Below are positions 9,567 through 20,129 of a stretch of 31,117 nt of DNA, piece by piece. The first letter of the stretch is position 1, and the number at the start of each line of letters is the position of its first letter. Source of the stretch: Armatimonadota bacterium (lineage in GTDB: Bacteria; Armatimonadota; Armatimonadia; Armatimonadales; Armatimonadaceae); the NCBI GenBank assembly GCA_043754515.1, contig JAYUUO010000197.1, forward strand, positions 1 to 31,117, read 5' to 3'. The notes beneath the pieces are model-generated. The model searched no databases. It was not told where the DNA came from and saw nothing but the letters and a program-made list of their open reading frames with translations. The position numbers were made by a program, and so were the translations under genes.

Positions 9567-10127
9567 ATGGTATCAATGCGTAAAAGTGACAACGGGCGAC
9601 AGTGGGTGTCGTTCGTACTGACGGCAATCATGCTCGTGCCGATGCTGGTCCTGACGATGCCGGGTGCGAAGGCGCAACTCCCCGGTGGCAACCCGCCCAA
9701 GAAGGGCTTGACCACCGGACAGAAGGTGCTATTAGTGGGTGGGGCGGCGTTGCTGTACTTTATGTACCGCAAGCACCAGGCGAATGTCGCCGCGAAGAAG
9801 GCGGCGGGCGCGGGCGTGGCGTCCGCAGGCAATGCCGCGATGCCGCAGTTGTACCGTTCCAAGAATGGCGGCGTTTATTACCGCGACGCCCAGCACAAGC
9901 CGGTCTGGCTTACCGTACCGTCGCAAGGTATGCAGGTTTCCCAGCAGGAACTTCAGCAGTACGCGCCGGACTACAACCGCTATCAGGGACCCGCACCTGC
10001 CGCGCCGCGTGGTTATCGGTTGCAACCGTTCAACGACTACGACCGGAGCGCGTACGGCAACGCACAGATCCCATCTGGTAACATGAATGGTGGCGGAGCG
10101 GATGTCCCCGGTCCGGGTCAGAACTAA
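9567..10127 (+). CDS. Hypothetical exported/membrane-anchored protein
   Basis: AAGGAG upstream, signal-like N-terminus (AKA|Q), hydrophobic LLVGGAALLYFMY segment and YRSKNGGVYYRD motif. Confidence 0.75.
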   Translation: MVSMRKSDNGRQWVSFVLTAIMLVPMLVLTMPGAKAQLPGGNPPKKGLTTGQKVLLVGGAALLYFMYRKHQANVAAKKAAGAGVASAGNAAMPQLYRSKNGGVYYRDAQHKPVWLTVPSQGMQVSQQELQQYAPDYNRYQGPAPAAPRGYRLQPFNDYDRSAYGNAQIPSGNMNGGGADVPGPGQN

Positions 10128-10145
10128 CAACTTAAGGAGTAAGTA

Positions 10146-10436
10146 ATGGATTTCGGAAGTCTTTTTCAGGCGGTAAGCGGTGTGCTCCACAAGGATACCC
10201 GCGATAACAATAGCGTGGATACGGACGGGCTGATCGGCAAGGTCGCTGGAATGTTCCGGCAACATGGCGCGAGTGACGAGCAAGTGCAGAACCCGTACCA
10301 GCAATCGGCGGGCGGCGGTATTCTGCCCGCGTCGCAGGACCCGTACGGCGATCCGGCGGACACGAACCAGGGTAGCAGCGCCATCCTCCCGGCGTCTCAG
10401 GACCCTTATGGCGACCCCGCCGACCAGCGACGGTAA
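10146..10436 (+). CDS. Small protein with two ILPASQDPYGDPAD repeats
   Basis: TAAGGAG RBS. The 14-aa repeat is identical in protein but differs at synonymous codon positions, which supports this frame being coding. Confidence 0.85.
   Translation: MDFGSLFQAVSGVLHKDTRDNNSVDTDGLIGKVAGMFRQHGASDEQVQNPYQQSAGGGILPASQDPYGDPADTNQGSSAILPASQDPYGDPADQRR
10320..10424 (+). repeat. Intragenic 42-bp coding repeat, two copies (10320-10361 and 10383-10424)
   Basis: Both copies encode ILPASQDPYGDPAD. Confidence 0.9.
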
Positions 10437-10452
10437 ACAGTATAGCAGAAAT

Positions 10453-10488
10453 GTAGCGGGACGGCATAAACCGTCCCGTTGCTTTTTT
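10453..10488 (+). terminator. Rho-independent terminator
   Basis: CGGGACGG / CCGTCCCG stem followed closely by TTTTTT. Confidence 0.85.
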
Positions 10489-10673
10489 ATCCGCTCCCAG
10501 GTAGAAACTCTCCGCATGTTATTGCACCATCCTGTACAATCGTGGGAATATGGGGCATAATGAAGCGGCGGTGCCCCAAGCGATTGGGGATCTGCCATAC
10601 ATCATCCTAATCAACTCGGGGGCGGGCGTTTCTACAACGGCTCGTGCCCCGCGCAGTGCGAAGGAGTGCTTAC

Positions 10674-11468
10674 ATGACATTTCGTTTTTCAGGCACGGCT
10701 CTGTTAGCCGCAACCACTCTCATCGGGCTTGGCGCAAGTAGCGCGCACGCCCAACTAACCACGATTACCAAGACTGGCTCGGTTACGGGGATCAACTCCA
10801 GCTTCGGCGGGGTAGTCGGTACCGGGTCGAACCTGACGTTAAACCAGGCAAGCACGGCGTCCAGCGTTGTGAACATCGCGTTTACGAAGGGCGCGGGTGC
10901 CATCAACGATATCGGGGTGATCTACATCGCGACTCAGAACACGCTCGCCACCGGTTTCAACTCGACCGCCACGCTTACCGACTCGACAGACGGCGGGCGG
11001 AGTGCGGTGTCCGGGTTCGATGGCACCAACCGGTCCGCTCTGACATTCGCCACGGGTTTCACCGCAGATTACGCACTGGCGTTCGGTAACAATTTTTCCG
11101 TGCTGTTCGGCTTGAACACCGGCACGCTGAACTTTATCGCGCCGACGGGAATCCCGACGAACACGGCGAACGGCTTTTCGTACGACCTCGATCTCACGAA
11201 GATTGGGCTAGTCCGGGGCCAGTCGTTCGACTTTGTGACGACGTATGTCAGCACCTCGGCGTTCCGCTCGAACGAGTTCATCGGCGTAGCATCGGGGAAC
11301 TTCGCGGCGGGCAATATCGGTCAGGCACCGGCGAACCTCCCCGCGAACAGTTTCGTCCGCTATGTCAGCGCGACCGCCACGGCAGTGCCGGAAGCAGGCG
11401 CGTTACCACTCGCGCTGTCCGCCCTGACGCTTCTCGGAGCGGTGGTAGTTCGCCGCAGAGCCAACTAG
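10674..11468 (+). CDS. PEP-CTERM-type sorting domain surface protein
   Basis: AAGGAG RBS, signal peptide (AHA|Q), Thr/Gly/Ser-rich body, C-terminal VPEAG + hydrophobic helix + RRR. Confidence 0.88.
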   Translation: MTFRFSGTALLAATTLIGLGASSAHAQLTTITKTGSVTGINSSFGGVVGTGSNLTLNQASTASSVVNIAFTKGAGAINDIGVIYIATQNTLATGFNSTATLTDSTDGGRSAVSGFDGTNRSALTFATGFTADYALAFGNNFSVLFGLNTGTLNFIAPTGIPTNTANGFSYDLDLTKIGLVRGQSFDFVTTYVSTSAFRSNEFIGVASGNFAAGNIGQAPANLPANSFVRYVSATATAVPEAGALPLALSALTLLGAVVVRRRAN

Positions 11469-11480
11469 CGGCTCATCAAC

Positions 11481-11527
11481 AGAACGGCGGGCGGGAAGCG
11501 GCGAATCCGCTCCCCGCCCGCCGTTCT
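11481..11527. terminator. Probable bidirectional terminator between convergent genes
   Basis: 15-bp inverted repeat AGAACGGCGGGCGGG / CCCGCCCGCCGTTCT with further inner pairing. Confidence 0.7.
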
Positions 11528-11618
11528 TGTGGCATGACATTATCATTACGCACAGTCGCGGGAGTGACAGCTCGTAGTTGCGCAACTCCTGGTAATTCGG
11601 GGTGCGGTGCCCCAATGC

Positions 11619-12233
11619 CTACCGCTTCGTGATACGCCACGCGAGCGGCAACACTGTCGCCGCCGCCCCTGCCTTGACCAGATCGCCGATGAGGAACGGC
11701 GCGAACCCGAGCGCGAACCCTGGAGCCGCGCCGCCGAGGAGAACCGATAGGCGTAGCGCGCCGAGGAACAGAATTATGAGCGAGCCGAGTAGCATCGCCA
11801 CCAGTGCCGTGCCGGGTTTGCGATCCATGCCGCGTTCCGCGAGAAGACCCGTCACATAGGCGGCTATGGGAAAAGCCAGCAGGTACCCCGCCGTCGGCCC
11901 TATGAATGGGAGCCAGCCGCCAATCCCCCCTGCGAACACGGGCAGACCACACGCGCCCTCGGCGAGGTAGGCCACGCACGCGAGCGAGCCGCGACGCGCC
12001 CCAAGCAAGATTCCGGTGAGCAGCACCGCGAACGTCTGCCCCGTTATCGGCACCGGGGTGCTGGGCAGAGGGATCACGACGCGGGCGCACATGGCGATCA
12101 CCAGAGACGCGGTAAGCACGGCGGCGGTGTCCCGCGTGAGGGTACGCGGGAGGCGTGTAAGCCAGGCATCGGCGAGCGTGAGCGGCGCGGGCATAGCTGC
12201 CAATCGGGGAGCGGTGTGGGTGAAGGTCGTCAA
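11619..12233 (-). CDS. bioY: Biotin transporter BioY
   Basis: Motifs PVPITGQTFAVLL.G.LLG, YL.EGA.GLPVFAGG, GPTAGYL..F and PFLIGDLVK. Start uncertain (TTG 12233 or ATG 12194). Confidence 0.93.
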   Translation of the reverse strand: MTTFTHTAPRLAAMPAPLTLADAWLTRLPRTLTRDTAAVLTASLVIAMCARVVIPLPSTPVPITGQTFAVLLTGILLGARRGSLACVAYLAEGACGLPVFAGGIGGWLPFIGPTAGYLLAFPIAAYVTGLLAERGMDRKPGTALVAMLLGSLIILFLGALRLSVLLGGAAPGFALGFAPFLIGDLVKAGAAATVLPLAWRITKR

Positions 12234-12318
12234 ATGGGTGATAACTCGCCTTTCGGGTATCGGAAATAACGCACGCACTATACCATGCTCCCGGCGTCGC
12301 TTGCGGTAAGATAGGTGT

Positions 12319-13359
12319 ATGCAACCCTTGACTTTACTCCGCTCATCCCGCATCGAGTCCGACCCCATTGACCTATCGCGGCGCGTGAATGCCATTGATC
12401 CCACCCTGGATCTGGAACAGGCGATCCGCCGGATGAAGGCGGAGAAGAACGCGGTGATCCTCGCCCACTACTACCAGGAAGGCGAAATCCAGGACCTCGC
12501 CGATCACGTCGGCGATTCGCTCGCGCTCGCGCAGGCCGCCGAGCGCACCGACGCCGATATTATTGTCTTCTGCGGCGTTCACTTCATGGCGGAAACGGCG
12601 AAGATCCTGAACCCGTCCCGCACGGTGTTACTCCCCGACCTCGACGCCGGATGTTCGCTCGCCGACCGGTGCCCGATTGACGTTTATTCCGAGTGGCTCA
12701 AGCAGTACCCCGGACACACGGTTATCAACTACATCAACTCGTCGGCGGCGGTGAAGGCCGTGTCCGACATCATCGTCACGTCCTCGAACGCGGTTGACAT
12801 CGTGAAGCAGCTACCGGAAGACACGCCGATCGTGTTCGGGCCGGACCGGCATTTGGGGCGTTGGGTCGAGCGGCAGACGGGGCGCGACATGGTGCTCTGG
12901 CCCGGATTCTGCATCGTACATGAGCAGTTCAACGCCCGGAAACTACAGAAACTCACCGACGCGTACCCAGGCGCGCAGGTGATCGCCCATCCCGAGTGTG
13001 AGGAGTCGGTGCTGGATCGCGCCGACTTCATCGGGTCCACGCTAGCACTGCTTAAGTACGTCACCGCGCACACGGAGCAGAAACAGTTCATCGTCGCTAC
13101 CGAGCACGGCATCTTCCACCAGATGGAGAAGGCGCGTCCGGACGCCCAGTTTATCTGCTCGCCGCCCAATAGCGGGTGCGACTGCGCCTCGTGCCCTTAC
13201 ATGCGCCTGAACACGCTGGAAAAGTTGTACCTGTGTCTGCGGGACGGCTACCCGGAGATCACGATGGGCGAGGAGCTACGACAGGCCGCGTACAAGTCGG
13301 TGGCGCGGATGCTGGAGATGTCGAAAAATCTGTCGCCAGTTCAGCAGAAGGGTGATTAA
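12319..13359 (+). CDS. nadA: Quinolinate synthase
   Basis: Motifs [52 protein letters not shown] and CPYM..NTL. Confidence 0.98.
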   Translation: MQPLTLLRSSRIESDPIDLSRRVNAIDPTLDLEQAIRRMKAEKNAVILAHYYQEGEIQDLADHVGDSLALAQAAERTDADIIVFCGVHFMAETAKILNPSRTVLLPDLDAGCSLADRCPIDVYSEWLKQYPGHTVINYINSSAAVKAVSDIIVTSSNAVDIVKQLPEDTPIVFGPDRHLGRWVERQTGRDMVLWPGFCIVHEQFNARKLQKLTDAYPGAQVIAHPECEESVLDRADFIGSTLALLKYVTAHTEQKQFIVATEHGIFHQMEKARPDAQFICSPPNSGCDCASCPYMRLNTLEKLYLCLRDGYPEITMGEELRQAAYKSVARMLEMSKNLSPVQQKGD

Positions 13360-14324
13360 GCCACCTCGTTTTTCGCGGCACGAACGAGGGAGCGGAAGCG
13401 CGGGCTGAGCCACAGATGCGGGCGGAACCGCGCCGCGTAGTCGAGTTTAGCATGCGCCAGAGCATGACTGCCGTCGCCGAGGTCGCGCTCCGCTTGTTCC
13501 AGCATCATCGTGGGTGTCACACTCAGAAACGCCCCGTAGCGCCGGGCGATCAGAATCAGGCGACCCGGTACGCGGAGATTCCGGAGTAGATGCTTTTTGA
13601 GGAGGAGGAAATCGTTGCGGCGCATGGCGAGCGTGTCGCGCGAGGCGTTTCCGCGGTGGAGCCGGTAGAACAGCGCGACGCGCTTCTCGAAATGGAACTG
13701 CCACCGCTCCGCGATCCGCAGCCACAGATCCCAGTCGTCACAGCCGCGAATGGCCGGGTCGAACATCTCGCCGGCCAGCACGGCGCGGCGTATAAGTGCC
13801 TGCCCCGGCGACACCAGCCAGCACCGCCGCGTCATCGGCGTGTAGACGTCGCCGGTCGGCGCGTCGAAGGGCCAATCGGGGAGCCGGTTGTAGGCATCGC
13901 GGGGCGGGGTCGCATCGCCGTGCTCATCCACCGGTTGTGGGAAGCCGTAGACCACCCCGACTTCCGGGCGCGACCGAAGTATATCTACCTGCCACGCAAG
14001 TTTGTCCGGCGGGATTAGATCGTCGTCGTCCAGTATCTGAAGAAACTCGCCGCGCGACTCACCGATCCCCCGGTTTCGCGCCGCGCCCTGCCCCGCGTTG
14101 GGTTGCCGTATGTAGCGGGTTATCGTGCCGTCGCGCAGGAGCGGTTCCAGGACGGCTTCAGTGTCGTCAGGCGACCCGTCATTGACAACAATCAGTTCGT
14201 AGTCGGTGAACGTCTGCGCTCGCACCGATTGTAGCGTCCGAATCACATAATCGCGGTGCCGGTACGTCGGAACGATGATACTCACGAGCGGGGCGGCAAC
14301 GTTGCTGGGCGGTACGCGGCTCAC
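13356..14324 (-). CDS. Glycosyltransferase family 2
   Basis: Motifs [30 protein letters not shown] and [11 protein letters not shown] start overlaps the upstream TGA (GTGA). Confidence 0.92.
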   Translation of the reverse strand: MSRVPPSNVAAPLVSIIVPTYRHRDYVIRTLQSVRAQTFTDYELIVVNDGSPDDTEAVLEPLLRDGTITRYIRQPNAGQGAARNRGIGESRGEFLQILDDDDLIPPDKLAWQVDILRSRPEVGVVYGFPQPVDEHGDATPPRDAYNRLPDWPFDAPTGDVYTPMTRRCWLVSPGQALIRRAVLAGEMFDPAIRGCDDWDLWLRIAERWQFHFEKRVALFYRLHRGNASRDTLAMRRNDFLLLKKHLLRNLRVPGRLILIARRYGAFLSVTPTMMLEQAERDLGDGSHALAHAKLDYAARFRPHLWLSPRFRSLVRAAKNEVA

Positions 14325-15574
14325 GATGAGACTACCAATGACCGCGCCCCGCTGATCAGGCGGAAGCCGAGTGAGTAAAGACTCCATCGCGCGGAGAATT
14401 TCCGCGCCGGTGGCGGGCCGGGGACGAGGAATTCGAGCATGGCTTCGGTTGTCCGGGCGACCGCATCCGGGCTACAAATGCCGGAGAGCTGTTCCTGTCC
14501 GGCTAGCCCCAACGCCTCCGCCCGAGCGGGGTCGCTTAGCAACGCGATCACGGCGTCCGCGAACCCGGCGGCACCGTCCGCGACCACCATTCCCCCACCG
14601 TCCCGGACGCCGAAGCCCTGCGCCCCGATAGTTGTCGTCACGACGGGCACCCCGCGCGCCACCGCCTCGCTAACTTTGCCTTTCATCCCACCGCCCCATC
14701 GGAGCGGCGCGACCGAGACCGCGCACCGGTCGAGGTACGGGTTCGTATCGGGCACGTACCCGGTCACATGGACGCCGGGAACGGTCGCGGCGAGGCGGGT
14801 GATCTCCTCGGGCGGGTCGCTCCCGACCACGGTGAAAACAGCGTCCGGCAGGGCATCCCGCACGCGCCCCCAGACATTTTCCACGAACCACAGCACGCCG
14901 TCCACATTCGGGTAATGGCGGAAGCCACCCACGAACAGACATTCCCGACTCGGCGCACGGGCGACGCGCGGGTGGGCGGGCACGATACACGGTATCAGGA
15001 ACGTCGGCGGCATGTCGGGTAGCGCGCGCACCAGCGCGTCATCGTCGGAGGAAACCGTCACCACGGCGTCCGACGCACGGAACGCGCGCAGTTCTCGCTC
15101 CTTGACCCGCGCGGCCTCCTCCGCGCTCTCTTGCCCGAAGGCCACGCCACGCTCCGTGCGGGCGAAACACACATCCACGGAATCACAAACGACGGGCGTG
15201 CCCGGTTGACACTTGCGGAACACGGGCGCGTAACTCTCCGTGATCCAGTAGTACTCGAAGATGCCGATGTCGTAGCGGGTCCGCGCCAGTGCCGCCCCGA
15301 CGTGCTTCCACCCGAAGGGTGTCACTCGGACCCCGATGCCGGTCAGGTCGTTCCGGTAGCGGGGCAGTTCCGTCGCGAGGGCCTTCAAACGCGTCCGCTC
15401 CGCCGCGTCCCCGGTCTGCCAGGTCGGCATCGTCTCGAAACGCGACTCGTCACGCATGACGCACAGGTCCACGTCGTGCCGCGACGCGAGGATCTTCAGG
15501 AGCGCGAAAAGTCGACGGTCGCCGGCCCCGATGTCGGGTTTGGGCAGGAACTCGGCCAGCACGAAGACGCGCAC
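14321..15574 (-). CDS. Glycosyltransferase family 4
   Basis: Motifs FVGGFRHYPNVDGVLWF and VAPLRWGGGMKGKVSEA.A.GVPVVTT.IGAQG. Confidence 0.92.
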   Translation of the reverse strand: MRVFVLAEFLPKPDIGAGDRRLFALLKILASRHDVDLCVMRDESRFETMPTWQTGDAAERTRLKALATELPRYRNDLTGIGVRVTPFGWKHVGAALARTRYDIGIFEYYWITESYAPVFRKCQPGTPVVCDSVDVCFARTERGVAFGQESAEEAARVKERELRAFRASDAVVTVSSDDDALVRALPDMPPTFLIPCIVPAHPRVARAPSRECLFVGGFRHYPNVDGVLWFVENVWGRVRDALPDAVFTVVGSDPPEEITRLAATVPGVHVTGYVPDTNPYLDRCAVSVAPLRWGGGMKGKVSEAVARGVPVVTTTIGAQGFGVRDGGGMVVADGAAGFADAVIALLSDPARAEALGLAGQEQLSGICSPDAVARTTEAMLEFLVPGPPPARKFSARWSLYSLGFRLISGARSLVVSS

Positions 15575-15577
15575 GGG

Positions 15578-18295
15578 TTACCGGTTCCCGCCGAACGTTC
15601 TGGCGAGCAGAGACGGTAGCATATGCGAGTTTTCGCCGGGCACCCAGCGTCCCGACCGCACCCATGCCAGTGCCGCTTCGCGCCCCGCGTAGTCCGCCAG
15701 CAGACGGAGCCGGGTCATCGGATGCGCGTACACAGTCTGATAGAAATCGGCGAGCATTCGGGCGCATCGCGCCGGGTCGTGCTCGCGGCGGATGTACTCC
15801 CACGCGGCGTGCGCGAGCGACTCACAATACGCCGGGTCGCGGCGCAACTTCGCGAGTGCCCCCGCTATCGCCTCTTCTTCCTTCCCCGCGAGGAGCGGCA
15901 CCGGCGGGAGGAAGTGACAGACGGAATCGGGGTAGTCAGCGAACGCGCCGACGCGCGAGATCACGCACGCCTTGCCGCGCGACAGGATGCGCAAAAGGCC
16001 GCCGGACGTCTCGCCGTTAGACGGGTAGCGGAGCGCGACGCAGGCGTCGGCGGCGTCCACATAGTCGTACAGCATATCCATTGGGACGAAGCCGGTGACC
16101 TTTACGCGATTTTGCAAGCCACGGTTAGCGACCTGCGCGTCGAAATCCCCCGCGTGCTCGGACGAACCCACATAGTAAAGGTAGGCTTCGGGGCAGTCAT
16201 TCAGGAATAACCGGAAGGCATCAAGTAGCGGAACTGACCGCTTCGCCTGGTGGACATACCCGACCGTGACAACAACGAACGCGTCACGAGGAACGCCCAG
16301 TTTATCGCGCGCCGCTCCCTCCTCCACCTTCGTGACGGCACAAGGGCGGGACGGTGTTAGCTGGGGGACACGCCTGATTAGTTCGCAATCCCCGCCAAAC
16401 TCGTCCGCCGCCTTCTTGAGTGCCCACTCGCTGTGGACGACGACCCCCAGGGATCGCGTGAAAATTCGCCGGTTACTGAACTGTTCCCGCACCGCCAGTT
16501 CCTCGTAGCGGGCGGCGTCCCCACTCATGACCGCGTCGCGTACCACGCGCCGCTGTGCCTGGTCCGAATAATGATGCGACAGCTCCGCGTCGAGTGTCAC
16601 TCCCAGATCGGGGCGGTTGTTGTTGATGTAGCCCAACAAGCCGTTCAGATTGTAGTCATGTAGCACCGTGATGCCCGCGAACCGGCACAGGAGCGCGTAC
16701 ATCCCGGCGTGCCAGCTACTGTTCCCTATCTGGTAGATGATGCCGTCGCAGGCGAGCGGGTCGGGGGCGACGTCGCCCACGCTCTCCCGGTCGAGGAGCG
16801 TTCCCTCGAAAGCGGTCTGCGTGACGGGATTGATCACGTGCTCCCGCAGGGGGGAGTCCCGCGGGATCGGCGGCTGATCCGAGGAGGTTACAGGGAGAAC
16901 CGCGAAATGTGCGGCGAGGTCAGGGATCAACTCGGCCGAGTAGTCGGCGATTCCACTGGCCGCGGGAGGGAACGGAGACAAAAAGGCGATGCGCGGCTTG
17001 CCACCGGGTTCCGGCTTCGTCCGTAGCCGCCGCAGGGCGGTGTTCGCGGGCATGCCCTCGTTCCGGCCCGCTTCGAGATCGCCCAGCATTCCCTCAAGAC
17101 ACAAACCGGCGGCACGCGCCCAGGTGAACCGCGACGACTGCCGCGTACTCAGATCGCGCAACGAATCAAGCAGAGTGTCATTCCTCAGTACCTCGGCGAT
17201 CTTGCTCGCCATCGCGGGCACATCGCCGGAGGCGAATAAGGCTTCCGGGTCGCCGACCACCTCCGGTAGCGAGGAGTTATCCGCCGCGATAGTCGCCGCC
17301 CCACACGCCATCGCCTCGACGATAGGTAGCCCGAACCCTTCATGGAGGGACGGGTATACGAACAGCGTGCAGAGGTTATAGAGGGCGCGCAACTCCTCGT
17401 CGGACACATATCCGGCGAGGATCAGGGCGGAACGGGGTACGCCATGTCGCGACGCGATTTCATAGAGTTCAGCGATGTATGTCTCGGAGAACCGGCAGGT
17501 AAACACCAGTTGCAGACCGTCCCGGACGCCCGCCGCCAGTTGGCCGAACGCTTCGATCAGTCCCTCCTGGTTTTTGCGCCAGTTCTCCCCGCCGTTGTAT
17601 AAGAGGAACCGCTCGCCGATGGCGAACTTTTTACGTAGCCGTGCCCGCCACTCGGTTTTGCGTTCCCCGTCGAGCGGCACGAAGAACGGGGACACCCCCG
17701 CGTAGATGGTATGTACTTTCTCCTCCGGCATCCGTAGGAGGTTCACCGCGTCGCGCCGCGTCGCGTCGGAGATGGCGAAAACGCCGTCCGCGAAGCGCAG
17801 GTTGCGCAGACGTCGGTGGTAGCTCTCATGCGCGGCGGAGTCGTCCAGGCATTTGTCGGCGTAGATGAGCGGGATCAGGTCCAGGCAAACCGAATAAAGG
17901 CGCACTGGGAGAGCCGCGCAATCTGGCAGGACGCAGTCTTCGACCTCCATCGGGGATGGGAGGAAAACTGCGTCCACGCCGTCCGCGAGTAGTCGCGAGC
18001 GGTAAAGCACCTCCATCGGCAACGCGTCGGCGGCGGTAATTTTCTCGTCACCCCGCGATCGTAACCCGGAGAAGGGCAGTACCCGTAACGTGCTTTCGCC
18101 GACCTCGATTTCCGGCATCGGAAGCATGTCGCTCGCATAAAAGATCCACTCGATTGGCGCGGAACGGTCCTGCAACACGGCGGTCAGCAAGTCGTTCACA
18201 TAACGCCCGATACCGCGATGACGCGACGACGGGGTTTGCAACGCGTGGAGGTCAACGCCGACGCGGAAAGGGCGATTATTTTTTTCAAACAACAT
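15578..18295 (-). CDS. Bifunctional glycosyltransferase with two GT4 domains
   Basis: First domain: RGIGRYV, FVYPSLHEGFGLPIVEAMACG. Second domain: SPFPP..SGIADYS, YQIGNS.WH, LRYPSNGETSG.LLR. Confidence 0.92.
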   Translation of the reverse strand: MLFEKNNRPFRVGVDLHALQTPSSRHRGIGRYVNDLLTAVLQDRSAPIEWIFYASDMLPMPEIEVGESTLRVLPFSGLRSRGDEKITAADALPMEVLYRSRLLADGVDAVFLPSPMEVEDCVLPDCAALPVRLYSVCLDLIPLIYADKCLDDSAAHESYHRRLRNLRFADGVFAISDATRRDAVNLLRMPEEKVHTIYAGVSPFFVPLDGERKTEWRARLRKKFAIGERFLLYNGGENWRKNQEGLIEAFGQLAAGVRDGLQLVFTCRFSETYIAELYEIASRHGVPRSALILAGYVSDEELRALYNLCTLFVYPSLHEGFGLPIVEAMACGAATIAADNSSLPEVVGDPEALFASGDVPAMASKIAEVLRNDTLLDSLRDLSTRQSSRFTWARAAGLCLEGMLGDLEAGRNEGMPANTALRRLRTKPEPGGKPRIAFLSPFPPAASGIADYSAELIPDLAAHFAVLPVTSSDQPPIPRDSPLREHVINPVTQTAFEGTLLDRESVGDVAPDPLACDGIIYQIGNSSWHAGMYALLCRFAGITVLHDYNLNGLLGYINNNRPDLGVTLDAELSHHYSDQAQRRVVRDAVMSGDAARYEELAVREQFSNRRIFTRSLGVVVHSEWALKKAADEFGGDCELIRRVPQLTPSRPCAVTKVEEGAARDKLGVPRDAFVVVTVGYVHQAKRSVPLLDAFRLFLNDCPEAYLYYVGSSEHAGDFDAQVANRGLQNRVKVTGFVPMDMLYDYVDAADACVALRYPSNGETSGGLLRILSRGKACVISRVGAFADYPDSVCHFLPPVPLLAGKEEEAIAGALAKLRRDPAYCESLAHAAWEYIRREHDPARCARMLADFYQTVYAHPMTRLRLLADYAGREAALAWVRSGRWVPGENSHMLPSLLARTFGGNR

Positions 18296-18309
18296 AGATA
18301 ATGACTCGC

Positions 18310-18753
18310 CTAGCGCGATAGCCCCTTCCCCACCAGCGAGTCCACCTTGTTCTCAAGCACCGTCAATCGGCGGCGGGTTTGATCAAGGTCACGCCGCAGT
18401 TCCGCCCGCTCGCGCCACAGACGTACCACCGCCTCCCGGAGCGCATGGTTATACGCCACCTGTCGCTTGAACAGGGGCCAGAGGATGAGGCCGCGTATCG
18501 CCCTCAGAAAAATGTCGCCCGGCTTTTCTAATTTATAGTGGAAATACATGTCCGCCGCGAACAGCGAGACGCCCGGCGGCGAGTGTTGCCAGAGCACGGT
18601 TTCGGCGACCCCGACATCCTGAGAGTAGGCGGCACCGGCCGCGTCGAACACGGCGGCGATCCGCGCTTCCAGGAACGCCTGTATGTCGGCACCCTCCGCC
18701 GGGAGGAGTTCTTTTTGTTGATACATGATAAAGTTTCGCGCCGGATTTTCCAT
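18310..18753 (-). CDS. Hypothetical protein of the polysaccharide operon with C-terminal coiled coil
   Basis: Fills the gap between wzt and the GT4 gene. PLFKRQVAYN then a heptad-like helix. Start may be 18753, 18756 or 18762. Confidence 0.7.
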   Translation of the reverse strand: MENPARNFIMYQQKELLPAEGADIQAFLEARIAAVFDAAGAAYSQDVGVAETVLWQHSPPGVSLFAADMYFHYKLEKPGDIFLRAIRGLILWPLFKRQVAYNHALREAVVRLWRERAELRRDLDQTRRRLTVLENKVDSLVGKGLSR

Positions 18754-18778
18754 CACGCACATCCCCCGCCGCGACCCG

Positions 18779-20125
18779 TCAGGTCTGAACCTGCCACCGA
18801 GAAGCCATATACGCCACGCCGGGCGAGTGGATCGGCGCGACGACCGTGAACCGCGCCATATCTGCGATGGTGTCATCCGGATGATCCCACCAGTTCGGCA
18901 ATGTCGAGTCTGACGTGAGATTAATCTGGACGCGGTACTCCCCGCCCATCAGAGCAAGTGGGCCGAGCGTGAGCGTCACCGTCACCTCGCCCGCCACCGC
19001 CGGGAAATCCACGCCGTGGTCATAATTACTGACGGTGAAGGCGTGTTGCGGCAGACCATCCACGCGGAACAAATCCACGCCAACGACTGGCTTTACCGGT
19101 ACCTCCGCGTGCCGGTAGGTCACCTCGACGCGCAACGTGTCACCGATTTCGTACGTGGCACGCGCCCGGTTCTGATCGTCGCGGAGACGGGCACTGACGA
19201 TCCGCCCGCGCCGGGAGTCCGCCCCCAGAGCCTCGCGGGACGCGGCGGCTTCCGCCTCCCGTGCTTCGGCTTCCGCGCGTTCACTCTCCCGCTGTTCATG
19301 CTCGGCGCGGCGTTCCTGTTCGCGCACCTCCCACATCAGCGGGTCGTCGCGCTTCAGATCTTCCTCCTCGCGCTCCGACACCAGAGCCATATACTGCTTG
19401 ATGGCGTCCTTGGTCGGTCCGTCGTGGAGCAACCTACCGCGATCAAGCCACAAGCACCGTTCACAGAGCATGGCGACCTGCCCCATGGCGTGCGACACGA
19501 ACACCACCGTGCCGCCGTTTTTGGAGAACTCGCGCAACCGCTTGATGCACTTGTTCTGGAACTGCGTGTCGCCGACCGCCAGCACCTCGTCTATCAGCAG
19601 AATGTCCGGCTCGATGTTGGTCGCGATGGCGAACCCGAGCCGCATAAACATTCCGGACGAGTACCGCTTCACGGGCGTGTCAATGAACCGCTCCAGGCCC
19701 GCGAACGCCACAATCTCGTCGAAGCGCGCCGTTAGCTCGCGCCGGGTCAAGCCCATGATCGAGCCGTTGAGGTACACATTCTCACGCCCGGACAAGTCCG
19801 GGTGGAAGCCCGCGCCTACCTCGATCAGCGCGCCGATGCGCCCCCGCGTCCTTACGCACCCCGACGTCGGCTTGAGAATCCCGGTCAGCATCTTCAGCAG
19901 AGTTGACTTCCCCGAGCCGTTATGCCCGACGATGCCGACCGTCTCCCCACGCTCGATAGAGAAACTTATGTCGCTCAGAGCATGGAACAAGTCGCCCTTG
20001 CCCACGCCACCCGTCGGCTTCCGGAAAAGCCCCCCGGTAAGTTCACGCAGACTGTCGGCGCGGTTACGTTGCAGTACGAACTGCTTGGAAACATTCTCCG
20101 CGCTTACCGCTAGCACGTCACTCAT
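18779..20125 (-). CDS. wzt: Polysaccharide ABC transporter ATP-binding protein with Wzt-type C-terminal domain
   Basis: GHNGSGKSTLLK (Walker A), GAGFHPDLSGRENVYLNG, YSSGMFMRLGFA, LLIDEVLAVGD..FQ.KC, and a beta-rich C-terminal domain. Confidence 0.92.
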   Translation of the reverse strand: MSDVLAVSAENVSKQFVLQRNRADSLRELTGGLFRKPTGGVGKGDLFHALSDISFSIERGETVGIVGHNGSGKSTLLKMLTGILKPTSGCVRTRGRIGALIEVGAGFHPDLSGRENVYLNGSIMGLTRRELTARFDEIVAFAGLERFIDTPVKRYSSGMFMRLGFAIATNIEPDILLIDEVLAVGDTQFQNKCIKRLREFSKNGGTVVFVSHAMGQVAMLCERCLWLDRGRLLHDGPTKDAIKQYMALVSEREEEDLKRDDPLMWEVREQERRAEHEQRESERAEAEAREAEAAASREALGADSRRGRIVSARLRDDQNRARATYEIGDTLRVEVTYRHAEVPVKPVVGVDLFRVDGLPQHAFTVSNYDHGVDFPAVAGEVTVTLTLGPLALMGGEYRVQINLTSDSTLPNWWDHPDDTIADMARFTVVAPIHSPGVAYMASRWQVQT

Positions 20126-20129
20126 GGCA

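Noticed and set aside
9732..10598. 288-aa minus-strand ORF and similar long antisense ORFs (for example 19398-20486)
   Set aside because: Shadow frames of well-supported genes in high-GC DNA.
10540..10640. Purine riboswitch (AATATGG and GTTTCTAC motifs) upstream of the PEP-CTERM gene
   Set aside because: The motifs are about 80 nt apart, far wider than in the aptamer, and the remaining consensus is missing.
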